From NCBI GenBank assembly GCA_038087875.1, contig CM075995.1, positions 3,970,001 through 4,034,000 of the forward strand: a stretch of DNA of 64,000 nucleotides. Direction: 5' to 3'. Source of the DNA: Malacoraja senta. Its lineage: Eukaryota. The notes below the pieces were generated by a model. That model saw only the letters and a program-made list of their open reading frames with translations, did not search any database and was not told the DNA's origin. Positions 49,186-60,295 of the stretch are shown here, in pieces (position 1 is the first letter of the stretch; each line of letters opens with the position of its first letter). The position numbers and the translations under genes were made by a program.

Positions 49186-51748
49186 GATTTGATAAAGGAA
49201 CGAGGTTAATGAGCCATTAGGAGGTAGTGACCATAATATGATCAGGTTTAATCTACAATTGGAGAGGGAGAAGGGTAGACCGGAGGTGTCAGTGTTATAG
49301 TTGAATAAAGGGGACTATGGGGCCATGAGGGAGGAGCTGGCCAAAGTTGACTGGAAAGATACCCTAGCAGGGATGACAGTGGAACAAGAATGGCAGGTAT
49401 TTCTAGGAATAATACAGAAGGTGCAGGATCAGTTCATTCCTAGGAGGAAGAAAGATTCCAAGGGGAGTAAGGGGCGACCATGGCTGACAAGGGACGTCAG
49501 GGACAGTATAAAAATAAAAGAGAAGTACAACATAGCAAAGATGAGCGGGAAGCAAGAGGATTGGGTAATGTTTAAAGAGCAACAGAAGATAACTAAAAAG
49601 ACAATACGGGGAGAAAAGATGAGGTACGAAGGTAAGCTAGCCAAGAATATAAAGTGGGATAGTAAAAGCTTCTTTAGGTATGTGAAGAGAAAAAAATCAG
49701 TTAAGACCAAAGTTGGACCCTTGAAGACTGAAAAAGGTGAATTTATTATGGGGAACAAGGAAATGGCAGATGAGTTGAACAGGTACTTTGGATCCGTCTT
49801 CACTAAGGAGGACACAAACAATTTTCCTGATATAGTAGTGGCCAGAGGATCTGGGGTGACAGAGGAACTGAACGAAATCCACATTAGGCAGGAAATAGTG
49901 TTGGGTAGACTGATGGGACTGAAGGCTGATAAATCCCCAGGGCCTGATGGTCTGAATCCCAGGGTACTTAAGGAAGTGGCTCTAGAAATCATGGATGCAT
50001 AGGTGATAATTTTCCAATGTTCTATAGACTCAGGATCAGTTCCTGTGGATTGGAAGATAGCTGATGTTATCCCACTTTTTAAGAAAGGCGGGAGAGAGAA
50101 AAGATAAGATAAGATAAGATAAGACTTTATTAGTCCCCTTATTCAGGGGAAATTCAGATGTCCTTGCAGCACACTAATAAAAATACAACATAGTGTTCAA
50201 AAAGAAGTTCAACACAAAAACATCCCCCCACAATGGTTCCTACTGTGGGGGAAGGCACAAAGTCCAGTCCCCATCCTCTTGTCCACCCAGAGTCGGGCCC
50301 ACTGAGGCCTCCACAGTCCCGCCACGGCGCCCAGGGAATTATAGACCAGTTAGCCTGACATCGGTGGTGGGGAAGATGCTGGAGTCAATTATAAAAGATG
50401 AAACAGCTGCACATTTGGATAGCAGTAACAGGATCGGTCCGAGTCAGCATGGATTTATGAAGGGGAAATCATGCTTGACTAATCTTCTGAAATTTTTTGA
50501 AGAAGTAACTAGGAAAATGGACAAGGGAGAGCCAGTGGATGTAGTGTACCTGGACTTTCAGAAAGCATTTGATAAGGTCCCACATAGGAGGTTAGTGGGC
50601 AAAATTAAGGCACATGGTATTGGGGATAGAGTGCTGACATGGATAGAAAATTGGTTGGCAGACCGGAAACAAAGAGTAGGGATTAACAGGTCCCTTTCAG
50701 AATGGCAGGCAGTGACTAGTGGGGTACCGCAAGGCTCGGTGCTGGGACCGCAGCTATTTACAATATACATCAATGATTTGGATGAAGGGATTCAAAGTAA
50801 CATTAGCAAATTTGCAGATGACACAAAGCTGGATGGCAGTGTGAACTGTGAGGAGGATGCTATGAGAATTCAGGGTGACTTGGACAGGTTGGGGGAGTGG
50901 GCAGATGCATGGCAGATGAAGTTTAATGTGGATAAATGTGAGGTTATCCACTTTGGTACCAAAGACAGGAAGGCAGATTATTATCTAAATTGTGTCAAGT
51001 TGAGAAAGGGGGAAGTACACCTGGATCTGGGGGTCCTTGTTCATCAGTCAATGAAAGTAAGCATGCAGGTACAGCAGGCAGTGAAGAAAGCGAATGGCAT
51101 GTTGGCCTTTATAACAAAAGGAGTCGAGTATAGGAGCAAAGAGGTCCTTCTGCAGCTGTACAGGGCCCTAGTGAGACCACACCTGGAGTATTGTGTGCAA
51201 TTTTGGTCCCCTAATTTGAGGAAGGACATTCTTGCTATTGAGGGAGTGCAGCGTAGGTTTACAAGGTTAATTCCCGGGATGGCGGGACTGTCATATGCTG
51301 AGAGAATGGAGCGGCTGGGGTTGTACACTCTGGAGTTTAGAAGGATGAGAGGGTATCTTATTGAAACATATAAAATTGTTAAGGGTTTGGACACGCTAGA
51401 GGCAGGAAACATGTTCCCGATGTTGGGTGTCCAGAACCAGGGGCCACAGTTTAAACATAAGGGTTAAGCAATTTAGAACGGAGACGAGGAAACACTTTGT
51501 TTCACAGAGAGTTGTGAGTCTGTGGAATTCTCAGCCTCAGAGGGCGGTGGAGGCCGGTTCTCTGGATACTTTCAAGAGGGAGCTAGATAGGGCTCTTAAA
51601 GATAGCGGAGTCAGGGGATATGGGGAGAAGGCAGGAACTGGGTACTGATTGGGGATGATCAGCCATGATCACATTGAATGGCGGTGCTGGCTCGAAGGGC
51701 CGAATGGTGTACTCCTGCACCTATTGTCTATTGTCTATTGTCTATTGT
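49186..51748 (+). pseudogene. 5'-truncated CR1 LINE ORF2 (RT), ~2.3 kb plus an insertion
   Basis: ORFs 49301-50002 and 50332-51467 with [32 protein letters not shown] and FADDTKL. (CTATTGT)n tail. Stop at 50000 and frameshift near 51427. Confidence 0.93.
50103..50331 (-). mobile_element. 5'-truncated GC-rich retroposon (copy E) inserted in CR1
   Basis: Matches the 3' body of copy A (GAGGCCTCA...GGACTGGACTTTG.GCCTTCCCCCACAGT) but has a different tail ending AATAAAG(TCTTA)n. Confidence 0.72.
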
Positions 51749-51772
51749 AAAGTTCTGAATGACAATAAAGGA

Positions 51773-51809
<37 letters not shown>

Positions 51810-52392
51810 AATCTTCTCTGTACCCTTTCCAGTTTGACAACATGTTCTCCCAGCTTGACATCTTCCTCCAGGTTTCGCAACATGATCTCTTTCTTTCAAC
51901 TAGCCTGCCCTCACACTTCTGTCATCAATCACTTAAAATACCCGTATGACATGCCCACATCAATAGGACAGCAAGCAGATTGCCCAATGACTGACTGAAT
52001 GCTGCTTGACAGCCTGTCAAATAGACATCCATCTGAGTGTTAAAGAAGGAACTGCAGATGCTGGAAAATCGAAGGTACACAAGCAGACATCCATCTGATC
52101 TGTTTTATGACATTCAACAGAATGTTAACAGGGACTGAAATGAAAACACCTCTTTATTGTTCCAATAATTCTTTAGCAGGGCTACTACACACTGGGGTGG
52201 AAGTAGACTACTGTGAGATGGACAGGATACAAGACCAGCATACAAATTGGCTGCCGAGGTGAGACAGCAGTCAAGTAAATCGATGGTGCCCATGGCCACG
52301 GATAGCAGTTTTTGAACATAAGACAGAACATTTTTCCCAGGCTGGAAATGTCAAAGGCTGCACAATGGCACAGTGATAGATTTGCTGCCTTA

Positions 52393-52570
52393 TGGCCATG
52401 TCCCACTTAAGCGACTTTTTAGGCGACTGCAGGAGACAATGCAGTGACCACAAGTTCGCGGGTGGTTGCCAGGTAGTCGCCTTCATGGTCGTGAGGTTTT
52501 CCCGCATTCTGGGAACTGGTTGCGGCCTCATTATGGTCGCCTGAAAAATCGCCTAAGTGGAACAGGCCCA
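52393..52570. mobile_element. Small PIF/Harbinger MITE inserted in a V-SINE head (SINE ~52366-52846)
   Basis: TIR related to 17477-18131. TTA at 52390-52392 and 52571-52573 reconstitutes the SINE motif GCTGCCTTACAGC. Confidence 0.85.
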
Positions 52571-53724
52571 TTACAGCATCGGGGACCCGAGTTCCATCCT
52601 GACTACGGGTGCCATCTGTACGGGGTTTGTACGTTCTCCCCGTGACCTGCGTGGGTTTTCTCCGGGTGCTCCGGTTTCCTCCCACACGCCAAAAACGTAC
52701 AGGTTTCTAGGTTAATTGGCTTTGGTAAAATTGTAAACTGTCTCTAGTGTGTAAGATAGTGTTAGTGTGCGATGATTGCTGCTCGTCGCGGATTTGGTGG
52801 GCCGAAGTGCTTGTTTCCGTGCTGTATCTCAAAACCAAACTAAACTAGAGGGCAGAGCTTCAAGGTGAGAGGGGCAACATTTAAAGAAGGTGTGCAGAGC
52901 AAGTTTTTTTAACACGGAGAATGGTGGGTGCCACAGAACACACTGCCAAGTGGAGGCAGATACAATAGGAACATCATTGAGGCTTTTGGACAGATGCATG
53001 GATATGTAGGGAATGGAGCAACATAGATCGTGTGCAGACAGAGCAGATTAGTTTAACTTGGCATCATTTTCAGCACAGATGTTCTGGGCTGAACGGCCTG
53101 TTCTTCTGTTCCACTGTTCTGTGTTCCATATTCTTTCAGACAAAGGAGCAGCAGTAAATGTCTGAAGCCTATTCCACCATTCAATATCAGGGCTAATCTG
53201 ATCACAGCCTCAGTTCCACCCTCCTGCCCAGTCTTCATGACCTTGTATTCCCCAACTGTACAAGAAATATTGTATCTCAACTTTAAATATGTTAGTAATT
53301 CAATGTCCACAGCTGTTAGTGTAAAGAACTCTAAAGATGCACGGTGCTCTAATAGTTTAGTTTAGTTTAGAGAGACAGCATAAAACAGGCCCCTTCATCC
53401 AACTGACTGCATGCCGAACATTGATCACCCTTCACACTTTTCTATGTTTCTTTCGCAACCGCACCCTCCTACGCACTATGGACAATTTACAGAGGTTAAT
53501 AGTAAGATTAAACGAGAACTTACCAAGTTTGAAGTTTGATCTTTATTTTATGAGGAGTAACGTTGAGGGATTACGTGAAGAAGACCCCGTCCAGCCGCAC
53601 AGGCGTCAATCTTTCAAAGCAGCGGAGTGACAATCACAGACGATAATTACTGAAGTATGATAGTAAGATGCATAAAGACTTAGAACTACCAGCTTGATCC
53701 TTTTATGAGGGTGGGAGCGGAGGG

Positions 53725-53838
53725 CACGTAATCCCTCAACGTTACTCCTCATAAAATAAAGATCAAACTTCAAGCTTGGTAAGTTCTCGTTTAATCTTAC
53801 TATTTTACTTCGGAGTCACGTGAGTGACTACGTGAAGA
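53725..53838. repeat. DIRS internal complementary region (ICR)
   Basis: Reverse complement of 53498-53577 (one mismatch) fused through ATT to the reverse complement of 58550-58586. Confidence 0.93.
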
Positions 53839-54005
53839 TTTCAAAGCTCTGTGATTTCACACCGTGGATTCAAATCCAGGTGTTCACTGCATCGATTGAC
53901 TCTATTTGAGTAAGCACAATCAACAATGCATAACCACAACATTTGAATGTAATCAGTTAATGGTTTTATTTATTTTAATAAAAGTAACAAAATCAGGCCC
54001 ATTTA

Positions 54006-55001
54006 TTATAATGGGGGATTTAATACTGTATCCAGCACGGCATTACCAAACCCTCTGAGATCTTTAATCTCCTTGTGGTAATACTTGTGAAACATCTGTT
54101 CACTTGCCCATCCTGCGGCCACGAGAATAAGGTCTATTAGCACGTCTGAATCCCTGGCCGCTGATGTTGATGCCGCCCTGGTGGAATGAGATTTAAATTT
54201 ATCAGTATCAATACCTGAATATCTCAACACCTGTTTCAACCATCGTGAAATTGTTTGTGTTGACACTTTCTTATGAGGCTTTTTATGACTAATAAAAAAT
54301 GCCAATTCGGCGCCTCTTAAAACTTTTGTTGTTTCTATGTAACATTTCACATATGTTACTACACACAGTCGTGAATCTGTAGTATATGCTAAAAATTCCA
54401 ACTTGCATCCTGTGAACCCAGGTCTACTTTGCTTCAGTAAATCATAGACATAGAATGTCACGGCATTTTGCCCTACTTTCATTCTATCAATTCTGAGTTT
54501 CTGTAATGTTTGAACTCTCTGCGCTGAAACTAATGCCATGAGCATAACCAATTTCATGGTAATTTTGGATAATGACAGAGTTTCAACTGGATTCCAATTC
54601 CTTAGGAACATCAGTACATCTTTTACATTCCAAATTTCTGTATACCTGGGTCTGGGAGGATTAGAGTTGAAAATTCCTTTCATAAACCTACAGACCCAAG
54701 GATGTGCTCCAAATGGAGTTTGTTCTGATTCACTGCTAAAATATGCAGAGAGTGCACTTCGTGCAGTATTAATTGCACTATAACTTAATTTCAATTCATA
54801 GTGTAGAGTTGAAAGAAACTCTATTACATCTGAAATTTCTGCTGTGTTATATGCAATATTCTTTCCTGAACAAAACACCTCCCATTTCTTTATATAGGAA
54901 ATGTACTGCTTCTGGGTACTATTCCTCCAGGCTGCTGTCATAACATCCACCGTACGGTCTGATAATCTTTTTCCAAGATATGGCCTTCTTAGAATCTGCA
55001 A
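54006..55001 (-). CDS. DIRS tyrosine recombinase (open 331-codon frame; true start uncertain)
   Basis: N-terminal STQKQY...W...LSYSAINTARSALS. Catalytic motifs SAQR, LLKQSR, HSTR, AGW and FHKYY. No stop codons. Confidence 0.9.
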   Translation of the reverse strand: MQILRRPYLGKRLSDRTVDVMTAAWRNSTQKQYISYIKKWEVFCSGKNIAYNTAEISDVIEFLSTLHYELKLSYSAINTARSALSAYFSSESEQTPFGAHPWVCRFMKGIFNSNPPRPRYTEIWNVKDVLMFLRNWNPVETLSLSKITMKLVMLMALVSAQRVQTLQKLRIDRMKVGQNAVTFYVYDLLKQSRPGFTGCKLEFLAYTTDSRLCVVTYVKCYIETTKVLRGAELAFFISHKKPHKKVSTQTISRWLKQVLRYSGIDTDKFKSHSTRAASTSAARDSDVLIDLILVAAGWASEQMFHKYYHKEIKDLRGFGNAVLDTVLNPPL

Positions 55002-55558
55002 ATCAACAAACCAATACGATTATGTAAAGGATGTGATTCATTAGTCACAGGGTGTACAAGCAGTTTAATCTGCTTTGGAATAACCATAAGGGTTTTTTAT
55101 TTTTTTTATATTTTTTTTTCCCCCCCATTTTTAACACCAGTGGGTACCATACCTGTGTAGGCCAATCTGGTACTAACAAAATCCCTGAGGCTGAATCTTG
55201 TTTAATTTTCTGTATGCATTTGTGGATTAAACAAAAATGGTGGAAAAGCACACAGAAACATACCACCCCAATGTAGCGAGAAAGCATCCACCACTACTGC
55301 TCCAGGATCAGGTTCCCATGACACATACGTAGGCAACTGGTGGTTCAATCTTGATGCAAACAGATCAATTTCTGGCATTCCAAATTGTGTGATAATTTGT
55401 GTGAATATTTTCCGATTTAACATCCATTCTGTATTATCATTAAATTTACGTGATCTTTTGTCTGCAATTGTATTAATTTTTACCTGGTAAATATATTGCT
55501 GACAGCCACATTTTTCTGGCAATACCTCAGGTCCAAATTTCATTTGCCAATTTATCAC
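54988..55558 (-). pseudogene. DIRS methyltransferase-like (phage Dam-type) domain, frameshifted
   Basis: IDLFASRLN...DAFSLHW...AFPPF, then LLVPDWPTQVWYP in another frame. Confidence 0.82.
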
Positions 55559-56900
55559 ATGATTCTGATTGTATTACACCCATGTGAATTATGTATGCTA
55601 CAGCTGTAGTATTGTCAACCTGTACCTGAACATGCACATTTCCCATATCAGTGCAATAAGCTCTAAGGCCGTAAAATGCGCCTAATAGCTCTAGGTAATT
55701 GATTCCCAGTTTTTCCAGCAAAGGTACTTCATTCACATTCCACCTACCTCCACAGCTGGAAATCATGTTAGTAGCGCCCCAACTCAGCGCACTTACATCA
55801 GTCTGTCGAGTGACGGAAGGTGTTTCTACCAGAACTTTTCTGGAAGCATTAGAAACATTGTTAATCCACCATTCTATTTCTGTAATGGATTGAATTGTTA
55901 ATTTCATGGGCCTATCAAAATGCCCTCTATTCATTTTTAACACTTGTACCTTAGCTCTCTGTAAACATTGATAATGCAATGGTCCAAACGTGACCGCTGG
56001 AAACCCTGCAATTAATTTGCCTAGCAAGCTTGCCACTTCTCTAATTGAAGGTGTGTCCTCGTTAATGAGTTTTATGCAACCTTCAATTAACTGCAGCTTT
56101 TTATCTTTTGGCAAAGTGATTACCATGTGTTCGGAGTTAATTGTGAACCCTAGGTAATCAATCTTTTTGCTTGGTAACAATTTAGATTTTTGTAGGTGAA
56201 TAATGAAACCTAATTTCTCAAAATGTATTTGGCTGGATACTGACAATTTTGCAGCAGCCAAAGTGTCCCCTACAATGAGGATATCATCTAAATAAGCCAT
56301 TAATACATGGCCCTCAGGTCTTAACAGAGCTAAAATTGGTTTGAGCAATTTAGTGAATAATCTTGGTGCTGAAATCAGACCATTGGGCAATGCTTTAAAT
56401 TGCCATAACTGACATCCAAATTTCAAATATCTTTGATCATTACCATGCATTGCCACAGAATATTATGCATTTTGCAGATCTATGCTTGCCTTGTAGCAAT
56501 TCTTTGTGACTAGCTAAATGGCATTAGTAAATGTTTCCATTTTGAAATGTTTCTATTGTCCATAAAAGTTAAGATTTGTCAGATCGGAAATGATTCTACG
56601 TCCACCATCCCATTTTCTAGGAGAATATTCCTAGGAGAATATTTGACACAAACTGATGGTGTTGTTCTACTGACATTTATATCATCCTTTTCTGCATAAC
56701 ATTTTTCAATTCTCCTTTGATCAACCCATTCTCTTCCTTTGAAAAAAAAATCTGTGACCAGTTTGAATTATGCTGAATTGGAGGATCCAAACGTGGAGAG
56801 AACTCAATTTTGAATCCTACAATGCTACATAGAATAAATGAATCATTTGTTATTGATTGCCATTCTTTTAGGAAGAATCGTAACCTTCCCCCTATTTGTG
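55527..56900 (-). pseudogene. DIRS reverse transcriptase / RNase H, disrupted
   Basis: IGGRLRFFLKEW (ORF 56677-56991). LPNGLISAPRLFTK, YLDD, TDVS...WG, INYLELLG and VDNTTAVAYI (ORF 55527-56456). Confidence 0.92.
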
Positions 56901-58150
56901 AGTGTGAAACATTTGTTGTGTTTCTTACCAGACCAAGCCCCCTAACCTCGGGGTTTGCCACCAGCAGTTGTTGTCCCCTTCTAGTAGGCACATTGTAACC
57001 TCCACGTATCCTCGGTGCAGCACGTCAACGTGTATACGAGAATGATAGGATTGTTCCTTCTCCAGCACCACATTTTGCCTGTAGGGATACTGCCTTCTCA
57101 CCGCTCTGCTCAGCATAGGTGATCCTTTAGTTTCTTTGTTAGATTTTCTCCAAAACAGATTTAGGCATTTGTATATTGGATGGTTTGCAGAGCCTGCATA
57201 CTTAGGATGAATATTTGGTCTTATTGCATTTTTATGAATACAATTTATTTCAAAGTGCGCACTACACATGAGTGCTAAGGCATTTTGTTGTGAATACGAT
57301 ATATAACCTTCATCCAAACCACTGACCCCAGAAATTTCAGCACTTGTGTAATTTCAATTCTTGTGAGCGTAAACCACTGCTCAAATTACCCATATCAAGT
57401 TATTCACTGCTGTAACTGCTACAATTTCCCGGGTCTCATATTTTTTGATAGTCTCATCCATGGTTAATTCCTGGGGCTGATGGGAGAGTAGATAATTTAT
57501 AGTCATAGCTATTTCCTCTCTCAAAGGTTCCCCTGTTACTCTGGGAACAGCAAAGTTTTGTGCCAGCCTTGGAACATTTGTGGCTCTGATAATGGGCTCT
57601 GGTCCTCATTTAAATCATCATCTAAATCTAGATATTCATTTTTATGTTGGGTAATTTCTGGCTCCCCTGTTTCAGGTAAGTCTCTGCCAGATTCCCCCTG
57701 CGCGGGCTCTCTTGTAGGCCCACGGACAGGCAGCCCTGCTTCAGGTGCTGCTGGCGCTGGCTCTATTCTAGGCCAACGCTTCATTATTTTTACTCTTTAT
57801 ATTTGTCGGTGCTGGCACATTTATCATTGCACGTTTGTGCTGCCTTTTGTTCAGGCATTTCTAGTACTGGCTCTCCAATAGGCCAACACATAACTTGCCT
57901 TTTTTCTGGCATTTTTGGGCACTGGATCTCCTGTAGGCCAACCTCTTTAATGTTTCTGCACAGGCACTGATGGCTCTCCTGTAGGCCACCCTTGTGCCTG
58001 TTCCAAGGCACCTCCTGTGCTATACTTCATTGGCCAACACCGACTTAAATCCTCCTGTGGGGGTTCTTTACAAATCATCTGCCCCATAAGGAGTTGTAAA
58101 GTTTTTGACCCTTGCAGTGTAATACTCTTACCTCCGGGTCTGACTCATCC
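56900..58150 (-). pseudogene. Decayed gag-like region of the DIRS element
   Basis: Position upstream of RT and fragmentary ORFs 56925-57317 and 57536-57784. No diagnostic motif recognised. Confidence 0.5.
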
Positions 58151-59375
58151 GACTCTACAGGTCGGGCCGATTTTTTATTTATTTTTTCTCAGCCTTGCGC
58201 CCCGCCGCCGGCGGTTTAACGCACTTTCGACCACAACGGGAGTTAATGGCTTCGCTGCCACTGACTCCCCTGACTAACGCCCGCTACCCTTAGGATCTGG
58301 GATTTTACTACGGTGCGTCCCTGGCCGCCTCTCCTTCCCATTTCTCCATAATAAACTTGAGTGGAGCTCCACCAAACAAGTCTAAACGGGAAGGAAACGC
58401 TCCTGTAAGTGAAAAGTAACCCACTTACCTTCCGACTTTTGTTTTACTTTTGTTTTACTCACCGGCTGGAGGAGCTCGTGCTCCTCCACACGCGGTCATG
58501 AACGCTATGCGTCTGATCGACAATGACGCGTGTGCGGCTGGACGGGGCTTCTTCACGTAGTCACTCACGTGACTCCGAAGTAAAATTAACCTACAAAGCC
58601 ACACGGTTTTGGGATGTGGGAGGAAACCAGAGCACCCAGAGGAAACCCATGAGGTCACAGGGAGAACGTGCAAAATGTTGTTTGCCCAAATCATAGTCAT
58701 AGAGTAATAGAACCATGGAAACAGGTCCTTCGGCCCAACTTGCCCAAACCAGCCATCATGTCCCAGCTACACTAGTCCCACCTGCCTGCATTTGGCCCAT
58801 ATCCCTCCATACCTGTCCTATCCATGTGGAGAAACAGGCCCATTGCTCATGAATTCTTATTATTATAAAGTAAAGGCAGCTCAATGAAGAAAAATGTAGT
58901 TAAGCTCGAATGCAGGAGCAATCTGCCCCAAATCATGATTAATGGGCCTTGCTGGAATTCCGTCATGGTCAACAGTTTTAACTGGTTCTATAATTCATTG
59001 AGGTGCATGTCATAAAAGAAGCTCATTAACATCGTAATGACAAGTTAAAATGCCTCAGCTAACCATAACATCTCATGGCCCATTGATTTTATAAAGCAGT
59101 CTTGACTCTAGTCACAGTGCTGAAAGTAAATGGTGTGGGGATGCTGCCATGAAAGGTACCAAGAGCCCCCTCAAGAGCAGGTTTTGCTCATCATTCTTCC
59201 AATACAGGTGCCTGTCGAGGCAATATAAACACTAGTGCTGAAAGAACAGACTAGTGAATAATGCTGTTGTCAGCAGAATAAGTTAACAAGAAAGGTAAAG
59301 GAATCAACTCTTCAGCTTTCTCACCATCTTCCAATCACGTAACCTTTGCCACCTATGACGACACCCTTGCCACCT

Positions 59376-59655
59376 GTGGCGGCATGTAGAGCTGCTGCCT
59401 TACAGCGCCAGAGACCCGGGTTCGATCCTGCCCACGGGTGCTGTCTGTTCTCCCCATGACCTGTGTAGGTTTTGTCCGAAATCTTCGTTTTCCTCCCATA
59501 CTCCAAAGACGTACAGGTTTGTAGGTCAATTGGTTTGCTATAAATGTAAAATGTGTTGGTGGATAGTGTTAGTGTGCGGGGATCGCTGGTCGGCGTGGAC
59601 TCGGTGGGCTGAAGGGCCTGTTTCCGCAATGAACTCTGATCTAATCTAAACTAAA
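59376..59655 (+). mobile_element. V-SINE
   Basis: B-box, body and tail. Confidence 0.78.
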
Positions 59656-59689
59656 ACTGAACTATACATGGAAGGACTGGGACACCAAG

Positions 59690-60295
59690 ACCACTATCAA
59701 CTGCTTGTTGCTTCAAAGTCATACCATTCATAATTTGGACATGTATCACGTTTTGTTGCAGGAATGAGGTCACATGCAAACTAGAGGAACAGCACCTCAT
59801 GTTTTGCTTGGGAAGCTTACAACCCTAACATATGAACATTGACTTCTCTATTTTTAGGTAACTATAAACCTCCCCACCCTGCCTTCTTTACCCCCCATTT
59901 TTAAATTCCTCTCACTCTTCTCTGTGCCTCACCTGGATTTGCATCTATGTCTCTCCTCTCCCTCCCCTCCCACCTACATTCCTTCCTCTGTGGCTTCACA
60001 ATTCATAATTTTTGCAATCCTCATCTCACACATTTTTACATTTCATCTCCGGCCTTTGCCCGACAATATGCCTATCAAAACCTCCCATCACCTCTATCCA
60101 CCTACCATTTGCCAGGCTTGGTCTTACCCCTGCTCTCTTCCAGCTTTATTTCTCCCCCCTCTAAAATCTGTCTGAAGAAGCAAGTCCGGAACCGAAACAT
60201 AACCGATGCATTTTCTCCGCAGATGCTGCTTGACCCATTGCGTTACCACAGCACTTTGTGTGTTTTTTGTAAACCATCATCTGCAGTTCCATGTT
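59690..60295 (+). mobile_element. Old Penelope-like 3' fragment
   Basis: KLEEQHLMFCLGSLQP-like coding remnant, pyrimidine-rich spacer and GTCTGAAGAAG...CCGAAAC hammerhead remnant. Confidence 0.68.

Larger units (their letters stand above)
53498..58586 (-). mobile_element. Full-length DIRS1-type tyrosine-recombinase retrotransposon
   Basis: Gag-like, RT, RNase H, MT and YR in order. Inverted termini (53572-53608 vs 58524-58559) and an internal complementary region. Splits a V-SINE (53352-53497 / 58587-58673). Confidence 0.95.

Noticed and set aside
50193..51467. 424-aa gene with a novel N-terminus
   Set aside because: The first ~46 codons are antisense read-through of the inserted copy E; the rest is CR1 RT.
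54006..55001. Phage integrase or prophage
   Set aside because: The recombinase is embedded in a DIRS retrotransposon with RT/RNase H and an ICR, in eukaryotic repeat context.
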